Below are positions 21,713-31,415 of a stretch of 64,000 bases of DNA, piece after piece. The stretch spans positions 1 through 64,000 of the forward strand of contig NJBI01000008.1 of NCBI GenBank assembly GCA_005222975.1, read 5' to 3'. How positions within the stretch are numbered: the first letter of the stretch is position 1; each line of letters begins with the position of its first letter. The DNA is from Promethearchaeota archaeon Loki_b31 (lineage in GTDB: Archaea > Asgardarchaeota > Lokiarchaeia > Sigyniarchaeales > SOKP01). The position numbers and the translations under genes are program-made. The notes beneath the pieces were generated by a model. The model did no database searches, was not told the DNA's origin, and saw only the letters and a program-made list of their open reading frames with translations.

Positions 21713-22498
21713 TTATTTTGCGATTTTATTAGCTATTAAAGCGGCAGAAGCTCCTGCTCCAAACCCATTGTCAATGTTGACTACTAATAATCCTGGTGAG
21801 CATGATTGAAGCATCGTTGTTAAAGCACCAATACCTTTTTCCCCTAAACCATATCCACTAGATATGGGAACGCCTATTACAGGAATGTCAACGAGCGCTG
21901 CAACTATCCCTGGCAAGGTTCCCTCCATGCCTGCGCATACAATTACTACGTGAATATCTTCTTTAATCATTTCACTGAGAGGTTTAAAAAGACGATGAAT
22001 GCCAGCAATTCCTAAATCGTAGCTAGTAAATGTTTCACATCCCATTGATTCTGCAATCACTTTAGCTTCCTCAGCAATAGGGATATCTGAACTTCCGGCT
22101 GAAATTATACCAATTCTTCCACCTTTCTTTTTGAATTTGAAATCTTTTTCTTTTACTATTACAATTTTAGCCAATTCGTTAACAACTAACGATAATTCTT
22201 CTTTGATACCAAATTCTTTAGAAATTAAAGCCTTTTGGTCGTCTTTATACCTTGATACAATAGCAAATTTATTTTTCTTTAAGAACGAATAAATTATTTC
22301 TATAATCATTTGAGGAGTTTTGTTTTCCGCATAAATAACCTCAACAACGCCAGTGCGTAACCTTCTGAAGACATCTAATTTAGCAAAATCTCCAACTTCT
22401 TCGATAGTATTAGCCTTCAACATTTTTTCTGCCTCTTCAATAGAACACTTCTTATCAAGCAGTTTGTTTAAAATTTCTCTAATCTCATCCACACTCAA
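21713..22498 (-). CDS. larB: Nickel pincer cofactor biosynthesis protein LarB
   Basis: RRLRTG..EVIY..NKT, AGSSDIPIAEEA, AGMEG.LP, VVNIDNGFGA. Confidence 0.95.
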   Translation of the reverse strand: MSVDEIREILNKLLDKKCSIEEAEKMLKANTIEEVGDFAKLDVFRRLRTGVVEVIYAENKTPQMIIEIIYSFLKKNKFAIVSRYKDDQKALISKEFGIKEELSLVVNELAKIVIVKEKDFKFKKKGGRIGIISAGSSDIPIAEEAKVIAESMGCETFTSYDLGIAGIHRLFKPLSEMIKEDIHVVIVCAGMEGTLPGIVAALVDIPVIGVPISSGYGLGEKGIGALTTMLQSCSPGLLVVNIDNGFGAGASAALIANKIAK

Positions 22499-22686
22499 TC
22501 ACCAATTTAAAACGTTTCAAACTTTCAGTTCATAATAATTTACTAGTATAATATATACTAAATAGAATCTTTTGGTCTTAATAAATTTAAAAACATAGCT
22601 CCAATGTATTAATTATACTATTTGATTATTTTAATATTACATAGAATCTAACGATAGATTTAAAAATATTAATTGAATCCCATTAG

Positions 22687-23589
22687 ATGAATTCACAAGG
22701 TGTTTATATGAGAAAACGACAACAAATACTTTCCGTTCTTATTGCTCTATTTCTCCTAACGAACGGTATCGTTTTACCCATTAATATAACAGCACCTCCT
22801 CCTCCGATACCAGATCAATTTATCGCAGATATTTTTCCCCGCACCAACACAACCGTTCGCTTAATAAACATCAACACGATGATTACCATAGATGCTACCG
22901 ACTTTTCTAACAAAATAGGAATTAATTTTGATGGAAATTACACGCTGTTTAACCCAGAAAATACTACGAATCTTATCCTAATCTTGCCATTCTCGCTATG
23001 TATAGATGTCCAAAACTCCACTTTTGAAGCGTCCGTAAACGATACCCAAATCCCTTTCGAAGTGTTAAGTAATACTGAAGAAAACTTAACTAGTACGGGA
23101 ATAAATCTTGATTGCTTGAAGTTTTTTGTCGTCCATTGCCCAATAACTTTAATTACTTCCAATTTAACCCTTTTAGAAAACAAAACTTACGTTATTAATT
23201 ATCAATTCAGCGGTTCAATACCTAAACCGTTAGGTTTTCGGAATTTATTCTACATGGCGTATTATTTAGAAACTGCAAGAGTTTGGAAAGGAAATCTAAC
23301 GCAAAGAGTAGAGTTTAAATTATTTGGTAAGCTTCCTATATATTGTACAGTAGCGAGGTATGGGGAGTACGATGGGGATTGGCAAATCTCAGATATTCAA
23401 GGAGGGCAAAGTGTTATATTAGAATGGAATAAAGGAAAAGTTGACATGGTGTATGTAGGAATTAGCTATTACGGATCTACATCCGATGATGTCTTTGGAA
23501 TCGTTGCTATAGTCGTTCTTAATGGCTTGGCGTATATAGCAATAATAAGCGGTGTAGTAATATGGATAAAAAGAAAGAAAAGGAACTAA
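22687..23589 (+). CDS. Secreted, C-terminally membrane-anchored glycoprotein-like protein
   Basis: Signal peptide, many N-x-T/S sequons, C-terminal TM + KRKKRN. Confidence 0.7.
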   Translation: MNSQGVYMRKRQQILSVLIALFLLTNGIVLPINITAPPPPIPDQFIADIFPRTNTTVRLININTMITIDATDFSNKIGINFDGNYTLFNPENTTNLILILPFSLCIDVQNSTFEASVNDTQIPFEVLSNTEENLTSTGINLDCLKFFVVHCPITLITSNLTLLENKTYVINYQFSGSIPKPLGFRNLFYMAYYLETARVWKGNLTQRVEFKLFGKLPIYCTVARYGEYDGDWQISDIQGGQSVILEWNKGKVDMVYVGISYYGSTSDDVFGIVAIVVLNGLAYIAIISGVVIWIKRKKRN

Positions 23590-23727
23590 TTACTTATCTC
23601 TAAAGCTCATTATTTTTATTATTTTTGAGTTTAGCAAAAATTTAGGTTTTAAAAAACAATATTAACTAATCAAACTTTTTTTGATATTAATCAATACTAT
23701 TATTATATCCATTAAAAGTGGTTTTAA

Positions 23728-24945
23728 ATGTTTGATTATAAATCGTATAAAGATGTTGATTTAAAAGGAAAAAAAGTTTTGATGAGAGTCGATATCAACT
23801 CTAATATCGACATTGAAAACAATAGAATTCGCGAATCACCTCGTATTCATGCTTTAATTCCGTCATTAGAAGAATTAAAAGATAGTGCTGTAGTAATTAT
23901 GGCACATCAATCTCGCCCAGGAGCTAAAGATTTTACTTCTTTGGAAATGCATGCCGAAGAAATACGAAAACTATTAGATCGTCCTGTAATATATGTAGAA
24001 GATGTTTTTGGAGAAAAGGCAATACATGCAATAAAAGATCTCAAAACAGGGGAAGTTTTAGTTCTTAATAATGTGCGAACCTGGGAACTTGAAACTAAAC
24101 AATTTAAAGATTTCTCCGAAGCTGAAGAATTAGAAATGATTCAAACTCTTGCGCCATTATTCGATTATTTCATCGCAGATGCGTTTGGTGCGGCCCATAG
24201 AGCACAACCTTCGATAATTGGATGGCCTACCTTACTTGCAGGTCCTACGACAGTTAAAGAATTTAAATACATGAGTAAAATAATAGAAAGCCCAGAAAAA
24301 CCTATGGTCATGCTTATTGGAGGAGCGAAAGCAATAGATAAATTTAAAGCTATGAAATTTAATTTTGAAAACGATAAACTTGATTACGCACTTTGCTCCG
24401 GTTTAACGGCAATCTTAATTATGGAAGCTATAGGAATCGAAACTGGGGAACCTAATAAGGCGGCAATAGCAAAAGATTTAGACAAAGCAAAAGAGGACAT
24501 CAAGGACACATACGAAAAATTCAAAGATAAGATAATTTTACCAAAAGACTTGGTAATTGACGATAATGGCAACAGAAAAGCAATTAATATCGACGAATTA
24601 AAGAAATATAATGCCGTAACTGGTGATATTGGACCTAAAACTACGGAAGAATTCAAAAGTATAATCATTAAAGCTAAAACTATCATCGCTAACGGCCCAC
24701 CAGGAATATTTGAAAAAGAAGTGTTTAGAAAAGGAACTTTTGATATGGTTGAAGCAATGGCTGAAGCTGCTAAAACAGGGGGAGCACTTGCCGTAATTGG
24801 AGGCGGCGAAATGGGAACTGCAGCAGAAATGTCTGGATATGCAAAAGATGTTTCATTTATTTCTACTGGTGGAGGCGCATTGTTAGAAATATTATCTGGA
24901 AAGGATGTACCAATGGTAAGAGCTCTAAGAGAAAAAAAACCATAA
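23728..24945 (+). CDS. pgk: Phosphoglycerate kinase
   Basis: RVDINS, AHQSRPG, DAFGAAHRA, GGAK, NGPPGIFE, STGGGA. Confidence 0.97.
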   Translation: MFDYKSYKDVDLKGKKVLMRVDINSNIDIENNRIRESPRIHALIPSLEELKDSAVVIMAHQSRPGAKDFTSLEMHAEEIRKLLDRPVIYVEDVFGEKAIHAIKDLKTGEVLVLNNVRTWELETKQFKDFSEAEELEMIQTLAPLFDYFIADAFGAAHRAQPSIIGWPTLLAGPTTVKEFKYMSKIIESPEKPMVMLIGGAKAIDKFKAMKFNFENDKLDYALCSGLTAILIMEAIGIETGEPNKAAIAKDLDKAKEDIKDTYEKFKDKIILPKDLVIDDNGNRKAINIDELKKYNAVTGDIGPKTTEEFKSIIIKAKTIIANGPPGIFEKEVFRKGTFDMVEAMAEAAKTGGALAVIGGGEMGTAAEMSGYAKDVSFISTGGGALLEILSGKDVPMVRALREKKP

Positions 24946-25018
24946 AATAATACTTTATTTAATTTTTTTTACTATTTTATTACCTAAAAAAGTAAATCAT
25001 CTCTAATATTAAATTAAG

Positions 25019-25654
25019 ATGAAAAATCTAGAATATTTTATTTGGGATTTTGACGGAACTTTATTTAATACATATCCTGCCATTGCCTTAACAATAGTAA
25101 ATCTGATAAAAAAAATTTATAATAAAGATTTAAATTTTAACAATGTCAAAGAATTGTGTCAAGATAGTCTTTATTCTTGTTTTAATCAAATATCAAGAGA
25201 GTTAAATATTAATAGAGAAAAACTTCAACAAGAATTTGCTCGTGAATATTCAAATACTAAAGAAAGTGAAGAACCACCTTTTTCTGGTGCGATAGAAATT
25301 CTTAAATTTATTAGAAATAAAGGAGGAAAAAATTTTATTGTTACTCATCGAGGAAAAAAAAAATTATATAAACTTTTAAAATATTACAAAATAAGGCATC
25401 TTTTTGAAGATATCATAACACATGAACATGGGTATCCCAAAAAACCGAACCCTACATCATTTCTTTATCTGATTGAGAAATATAAAATTCCTAGAGAAAA
25501 TATACTCTCGATTGGTGATCGAGATATTGATATTCAGGCTGCTAGAAAAATTAATATAAATTCTTGCTATTTTAATCCTAATGGAAAAATTAATCATTTA
25601 GCCGATTTAAACATAAGAAGTTTTTTTGAGTTAAAAAAGAAACTCAATCCATAA
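25019..25654 (+). CDS. HAD-IA family hydrolase
   Basis: WDFDGTLFNT, KPNP, IGDRDID. Confidence 0.9.
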   Translation: MKNLEYFIWDFDGTLFNTYPAIALTIVNLIKKIYNKDLNFNNVKELCQDSLYSCFNQISRELNINREKLQQEFAREYSNTKESEEPPFSGAIEILKFIRNKGGKNFIVTHRGKKKLYKLLKYYKIRHLFEDIITHEHGYPKKPNPTSFLYLIEKYKIPRENILSIGDRDIDIQAARKININSCYFNPNGKINHLADLNIRSFFELKKKLNP

Positions 25655-25792
25655 TGGTTTCTTGAATCTACAATTATTCATATAAATTTAAATATTACAT
25701 AATTTCACAAGAAAACTAATAAAATATTTATTTTTTAATAATATAAAATACATATCTCTAAGTTTAGTATTTTTTATACTAAAATTAAACAC

Positions 25793-25867
25793 GGGCCAAT
25801 GGTCTAGTGGTATGACATCTGCTTGACGTGCAGAAGGTCGGGAGTTCAATCCTCCCTTGGCCCACCA
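25793..25867 (+). tRNA. tRNA-Val(GAC), CCA encoded
   Basis: GGGCCAA/TTGGCCC acceptor stem, TCTGC-TTGACGT-GCAGA anticodon arm, GGGAG-TTCAATC-CTCCC T arm. Confidence 0.95.
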
Positions 25868-25892
25868 AATTACAGAAAAGAATTAGATTAAA

Positions 25893-26372
25893 ATGCCATT
25901 AAAATTTCGCTGGTCATCTAAGGAATATATATCGGTTGCTTTTATGCTATTCGGTGCTTGTGGGCTTTTCCAGTTATTTTTTATATTTGTAGCTCAATAC
26001 TTTTTAGGCGTAGGTAATCATCTTGTTGTAATCCTAATCCCTATTGGAGCAACAGTAGCCTTATTTTTTGGCGTGGTTATTATTTTTGAATCGTTTGCTC
26101 AAGTCGAAAGAAAGAAAAAATTAAAAACTCAATTTAGTAAATCGCGACAAAACATTTCGAAAATTCAAAAATTCTTGTATTTTCCAATTGTGAGACCTTT
26201 AATTATAACTTTCCCTATTTTTACTATTCTATTTTTTAGTACATATGGAGTATGTTATACTTTCTTAAACAATAGCATGTCATTTTTAATTGCGGAGAAT
26301 TTAGCCACATTAATTTCCTTACTAATAGCTAATTATATTGAGAAAAAATACGCAAGAATCCAAAGATATTAA
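25893..26372 (+). CDS. Membrane protein (4 TM)
   Basis: Four hydrophobic segments. Confidence 0.7.
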   Translation: MPLKFRWSSKEYISVAFMLFGACGLFQLFFIFVAQYFLGVGNHLVVILIPIGATVALFFGVVIIFESFAQVERKKKLKTQFSKSRQNISKIQKFLYFPIVRPLIITFPIFTILFFSTYGVCYTFLNNSMSFLIAENLATLISLLIANYIEKKYARIQRY

Positions 26373-26521
26373 ATAAATTTGAGAGATTAAAAAAAACTGT
26401 ATATAAATCAACAATTTTAATTTTCTAACTCAGTTAAAATTTAAATATTAAAGTAATTAAAAATTAATTACAGTTCATATTTAATAGGAACTTTTAAATT
26501 ATATTACGATTATTAAGATTT

Positions 26522-27373
26522 TTGAATATGAAGAAAATAGAAGTTCGTTGCCCCTCATGTGCCGGTAGAGGCTTTATTGAAGTTTCTGAAGAAAAGGTAG
26601 GAAAAGTTGAAAGAGGGGTGTTTGCAGTAAATGTGTCGGAAGGAATTATTTGTGAGCATTCTTTCGTTGCTTATATAGATAAGAACTTCATGGTGAGAGA
26701 CACATTCATAACAGATTTCCAATTAGAAGTTCCTGATATAATTCCTAAAAAAAGTATAGAACCTAAGGCCTCCGCTCAACTTGATTCAATTAATGTAAGT
26801 TTAATCAAACTTAATTTGTCTGCTTCTTTAATCGCTTACATAATTAGGGCTATTTTACATAAGAGAAAGATCGTTTTAATTTTTGACCAGCTATTTATGT
26901 TTGATGATGTTCGAAGGTTTTTTGACTATATAACAAGAAATTCTTTTGAAACTGAGCTTGTTGTCATTTCAGAAGATCAATATAATAGCGAAAGTTATAA
27001 CGATTATATTGTCTTTAACCGTAAGGATGTTATAAAGGACGATGATGGTATTATTGATGTAAAAAAATTAGGCGTAGAAAGAGCCTTGGTTCAGAAATTT
27101 TTTGAGGAATATGAGCCAATACCCAGTTTAATATATCTACAAAATGGACTTCAAAAAGCTTACGAATTATCTGAAACGATAGCAGACATAGTTAAAGGTT
27201 TAAAAAAGAAAGAGCAGGTTTATTCGAAAAAAATAATTAAAGATTTATCTAAAATTCACAATGTAAAAATCCAATTAACATATCTCAATTTTCTTTTTAA
27301 AATCGTTGAGAATTATTTCAAGATTGAGGTTCCTAAATCTTCAAAGGTTTCAAATTTTCTTGGAACTTTGTAA
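26522..27373 (+). CDS. Zn-finger-containing hypothetical protein
   Basis: N-terminal CPSC...CEHSFVAYID motif. Confidence 0.65.
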   Translation: MNMKKIEVRCPSCAGRGFIEVSEEKVGKVERGVFAVNVSEGIICEHSFVAYIDKNFMVRDTFITDFQLEVPDIIPKKSIEPKASAQLDSINVSLIKLNLSASLIAYIIRAILHKRKIVLIFDQLFMFDDVRRFFDYITRNSFETELVVISEDQYNSESYNDYIVFNRKDVIKDDDGIIDVKKLGVERALVQKFFEEYEPIPSLIYLQNGLQKAYELSETIADIVKGLKKKEQVYSKKIIKDLSKIHNVKIQLTYLNFLFKIVENYFKIEVPKSSKVSNFLGTL

Positions 27374-27456
27374 GGAAGCTTTTTTCTATTTTTAGAATTC
27401 AAGTGATACAGATCGTGAAACAATCCTTTCACGAAGTTTTGTAAAATCGTAAAAGT

Positions 27457-28248
27457 CTATTTATTTGGTTTCCGACAGCGTATAATCAAAAAATAGGGTA
27501 TAATTGTGCTATCATGCTCCCCTGGAAAATTTTTTAAAATTTCATCATCGGGATAAGGTTCGCAAAATTCCTCTAAAACTAAACCTTTTGCTATCAATAA
27601 ATTAAGCCATTCTGATAGTATCATATTAAATCGGGGAATTCTAAATTTCCTCATTTTATCGGTCATATCTTTTGGAGCCGCTCCAAAGATCCATTCTTCA
27701 ATCTCACCATTAAACTTTTTAAAATAGTCCCCTACAATTAATCCAATCCTTCTACCTTCTTCATCCTTAACCCATTCCCATTTAGGTGTTGCAAAACAAG
27801 GATGAGAAATTGAAAATTGGAAGAAACCACCGGGCTTTATAACTCTATAGGCTTCAGCTATTGCTATTTCGGTTTCTGCGATATCCATCAAACTCATTGT
27901 AGCTACTGCAAAATCAAAATTGTTATCTGGATATGGAAGCTCTGTTGCACTTGCAACTTCATAAATAATTCCTAATGGTTCTTGCTGTTCTTTTTCTTTT
28001 GCATATTTGATAAACACTTTAGAAATGTCAATTGCCGTTAATTTTGCTCCTTTTTTTGCAGAAATTCTAGTGTTGTATCCTTCTCCACTACCAATGTCTA
28101 ACCCTTTTAAGTTTACAATATCGGGTAGTATTTTAAAAAAAGCTGGTGAATTAATTAAATCTCTGCATCGATCATATCCCATTCTGGCGAGTCTTGTCCA
28201 ATTTTCTGCATTTTCATCCCAGTATTTACTAACTTCTTTATCATCCAT
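27457..28248 (-). CDS. Class I SAM-dependent methyltransferase
   Basis: LDIGSGEG, IDIS, LPY..N.FD, RVIKPGG. Confidence 0.9.
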   Translation of the reverse strand: MDDKEVSKYWDENAENWTRLARMGYDRCRDLINSPAFFKILPDIVNLKGLDIGSGEGYNTRISAKKGAKLTAIDISKVFIKYAKEKEQQEPLGIIYEVASATELPYPDNNFDFAVATMSLMDIAETEIAIAEAYRVIKPGGFFQFSISHPCFATPKWEWVKDEEGRRIGLIVGDYFKKFNGEIEEWIFGAAPKDMTDKMRKFRIPRFNMILSEWLNLLIAKGLVLEEFCEPYPDDEILKNFPGEHDSTIIPYFLIIRCRKPNK

Positions 28249-28328
28249 CTGAAATTACCTCATCTTCTCATACATCTTATTAGGTAATCATTTTAGTTTA
28301 AAAAAGATATAAGAAATATTGAAAAAAA

Positions 28329-28460
28329 TGCGCCGCCCGGGAATCGAACCCGGGTCACCAAGTTGGCAACCTGTTTTACCCATATTGCTTTGCAACATTG
28401 GTGTATACTGACCAATCTACATTCTATTAAGATATTTAATAGAATCTATACTAGCAGCGC
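28329..28460 (-). tRNA. tRNA-Gly(GCC) with two non-canonical introns (~28445-28415 and ~28402-28374)
   Basis: Removing two hairpin inserts gives the 72-nt cloverleaf GCGCTGCTAGTATAG|TGGTCAGTATAC|CAGGTTGCCAACTTGGTGACCCGGGTTCGATTCCCGGGCGGCGCA. Confidence 0.85.
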
Positions 28461-28554
28461 TTTTTAGTATAAGTCGTTTAACGATATAAAAAATATATTA
28501 AGAAATTAAAATTTATTGCTTTAATAGGAGTTAATATAAAGAAGGTAATAAGGT

Positions 28555-29418
28555 TTAATTTCTTAATTCAAAATTCACTTCTACATTAGATGTAATACCC
28601 AATTTACTTGCTTTTTTCCTTATATATTTTATTCTGTGTTCTTTTAGCCAATCTGAAATTATGAAAGCTGGAATTATAGGAATAACTATAACCAATGGAA
28701 ACGGGACAAACACAATTAATAGCATAATGAATAACGTTAAAGAAAGGTCATTTGCAAGTTGAGGTATAAATAAATTCATAAAATCAATATAGGAAAGTAT
28801 TACTGATACTCCAGCGTAACCTTTTAAAAACTGTCCGTACCATCTTCCAACAGATCTGATTTCAGCAGGTTTATTTGAATCTTCTGCTCTTTTTAAGTTA
28901 GAATATAATATACCGGAATCCTTTAGAAACCACGTACTTGAAAATACCAAACTCGCTATACCAATTGTTAGCATTAATAAAGCTAAAAACGTGGTTAGGT
29001 CATCAAGAAAACTATCTGGATCTGATCCAACTGATAGTGAGATAACCCAACGTGTAGTTAAAAGCAAGGACAAGTTGATTGCCATTAGTGCTGAAAATAT
29101 TCCTTCAGAAAAAAATTTAAATCCTTTAAAATCCTTGTTATATATCCCATATTCCACTTTAGATCCAAATATTCTTTTATGAGTAAAAAGAAGGATCGGA
29201 GCAAAAACATATCCTCCTATTAATACCCCTAAAATTGATGATAAAGGTAAAATCACTATAAAAATCAACCCAATTTCAATTCCAATATCTGATATTGGGA
29301 TAAAATAAGTTAAGTTTAAGCTAGGAAGGAATTTTGATAATGCAATAGATAAAATTATAATAAAAATGCAATAGAAGATATAAATGATTATAGGTTTTGA
29401 ATACTTAGATTTTAACAT
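28555..29418 (-). CDS. Multi-pass membrane protein
   Basis: About six hydrophobic segments; WFLKDSGILY..VGRWY...LKGYAG. Confidence 0.7.
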   Translation of the reverse strand: MLKSKYSKPIIIYIFYCIFIIILSIALSKFLPSLNLTYFIPISDIGIEIGLIFIVILPLSSILGVLIGGYVFAPILLFTHKRIFGSKVEYGIYNKDFKGFKFFSEGIFSALMAINLSLLLTTRWVISLSVGSDPDSFLDDLTTFLALLMLTIGIASLVFSSTWFLKDSGILYSNLKRAEDSNKPAEIRSVGRWYGQFLKGYAGVSVILSYIDFMNLFIPQLANDLSLTLFIMLLIVFVPFPLVIVIPIIPAFIISDWLKEHRIKYIRKKASKLGITSNVEVNFELRN

Positions 29419-29451
29419 TTCAAATCAAAAATTTTTATGAAATTTATTCAA

Positions 29452-30468
29452 TTAAACAATCTTTGAAACTTTTTGTTTTATCTCATTATTATCGATAAAG
29501 ACTTCTAATTCACTTAAGCTATTAGGTAAGCCCTCTCGAACCCCAGTCTCTTTGCTTTCTAAGTAAGACATTGCTGTTGCCATCTTAGAAGATTTCTCTA
29601 GACTAAACTCGTTTAGTTGGGATATTAGAAGCCCGCTTAGAAAAGCATCTCCTGCTCCTGTGGTGTCTTCTACCGGCCCCTCATAAATTGAACTGTTCAC
29701 AATGTGTTTACCATCAGATATAATTGAGCCATTGGGACCATCGGTAATTGAAATTAATTTTATTCCAAGATCTAAAAAAGTATGAATCATATGAACTATA
29801 TCTGTCTCGCTTGTAAACTCTTGAGCCTCTTCTTTATTTAATGAAACTACATTTGAGTTTGAAATAAGAATTTTTGCCCATTTTGGGTTGTTTTTTATAA
29901 TTGACATGCTGGGTGCGGCAAATACTTTACCACCGTTTTCTAAAGTGAGCGTCAGTGCTTTCTCAATTGCTCTACAACCATTTTCGGTAGTTAACGATGT
30001 CCAAGCAAACGCTTTAATATTTTGAAACAAATCGGCTTTCACATCCTCAGGTTTTAACATGTTATTTGCGCCTTTATACGCAAGAATACTTCTGTCTTTT
30101 CCCCACTCAGTTTTTAAAATTACTGAGAACGCCGTACAATCATCATCAGTTTGAATGACACTTGAAAGATCTACTCCTCTTTTTTTCATATCTTCTAGAC
30201 AAATACTTGCCGAAAAGTCGTTCCCTAATACTCCAAGATAAGCGCTTTTTAACCCCAACATCGCACAATTTGACGCAATATTGGCAGCAGAACCTCCAGG
30301 GACAAATAGAACGCCATCGACATTCAGTTTGCGACTGTATTCAATTGCAGTGTATTTTTTAACAATTTCTTTATCAAACAATTCAAATCTAAGGATATCC
30401 TTAACTTGTAGCATACAATCAAGAGTACAACTACCAATCGTTATTAATTCTGGATTCATTTTTAACAC
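29452..30468 (-). CDS. PfkB family carbohydrate kinase
   Basis: GGSAANIA, DTTGAGDAF. Confidence 0.92.
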   Translation of the reverse strand: MLKMNPELITIGSCTLDCMLQVKDILRFELFDKEIVKKYTAIEYSRKLNVDGVLFVPGGSAANIASNCAMLGLKSAYLGVLGNDFSASICLEDMKKRGVDLSSVIQTDDDCTAFSVILKTEWGKDRSILAYKGANNMLKPEDVKADLFQNIKAFAWTSLTTENGCRAIEKALTLTLENGGKVFAAPSMSIIKNNPKWAKILISNSNVVSLNKEEAQEFTSETDIVHMIHTFLDLGIKLISITDGPNGSIISDGKHIVNSSIYEGPVEDTTGAGDAFLSGLLISQLNEFSLEKSSKMATAMSYLESKETGVREGLPNSLSELEVFIDNNEIKQKVSKIV

Positions 30469-30561
30469 TTTTAAATATTGAATTAGAGAATAAATTAAAA
30501 ATAGAGTTTAAGCTTAAATAATTTTGCTTGGTAGTCAAAAAGGGAAACTTAAAAAAAAAAT

Positions 30562-31188
30562 CTAATCTCGCGACTTCAATTTGTTTAATTCTTCTTCTAA
30601 TTCTTTTACCTTTCCATCGGGATCAACCGAAGGTAATGCTCCACCTACTTCAACTTGTATCTCCGCATCGATTTCGCCTAATATCTCCATAACTTGTTTA
30701 TCAGTAACTGCTGTATCGAGAGTCATGTCGTCTATTCCATCAGATGTTATCTCTTCAACAACAGAAAAATCTTCCATGTCAATACCAATTGTGGTCATCA
30801 AGTCTGTAAGCTGAGGAACCGATAACTGATTTTTTAATGCACCTAAGCTATTGGCAATACCTTGCATGATAACGGAAATATCTTTAACAGCGTTAGCCTG
30901 TTCCAACTTAAATACCATTCCTTCTAAGTTAGTTCTGAAATGGTCAATCGCTCTAGCTTGTTTTTTAACTTGAAGATAATTTCGCGCGTGAAATTCTGAA
31001 CCTTCCATATCACCCGCTTTTCGAAGTCTTACGGCTTTATCTCTCGCTTGTTTAGCCGTCATTTCCATTTTTCTAGTTTGTCTCGCCAATCTTTTGTTAA
31101 AAACCTTTAATTTGACGGTTGCTGAACGAACAGAATCGCTTTTTTGGCCACCTGAGAGCCATTTTGACATATCCTTGAGAAAACCCAT
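30562..31188 (-). CDS. ESCRT-III subunit, Vps2/24/46 (CHMP1-3) class
   Basis: Amphipathic N-terminal helix, basic coiled coil, HARNYLQ, acidic C-terminal half, terminal ELEEELNKLKS; divergent from vps4. Confidence 0.85.
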   Translation of the reverse strand: MGFLKDMSKWLSGGQKSDSVRSATVKLKVFNKRLARQTRKMEMTAKQARDKAVRLRKAGDMEGSEFHARNYLQVKKQARAIDHFRTNLEGMVFKLEQANAVKDISVIMQGIANSLGALKNQLSVPQLTDLMTTIGIDMEDFSVVEEITSDGIDDMTLDTAVTDKQVMEILGEIDAEIQVEVGGALPSVDPDGKVKELEEELNKLKSRD

Positions 31189-31415
31189 ATCTTATATCAT
31201 CAATTTTTTCGTTATTACTATATAATAATATTAAAAATTCAAGATTATATAATTTTTTGTTGTAGACCAATGTTTACAATACAATTTTAAAGAGAAAATT
31301 TGATATATTTGGATGTATTAATAAATAAAATAAGTATCGAACTAGATTATCTATAAATATTAATAATTTTTTAAGATAAACAAGATAAATAAATAATTTA
31401 AAAAGGTAATTATCA

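Noticed and set aside
25793-28460. tRNA genes as integration sites of the right-hand element
   Set aside because: They are over 20 kb away and I saw no duplicated tRNA 3' end near 49700-64000
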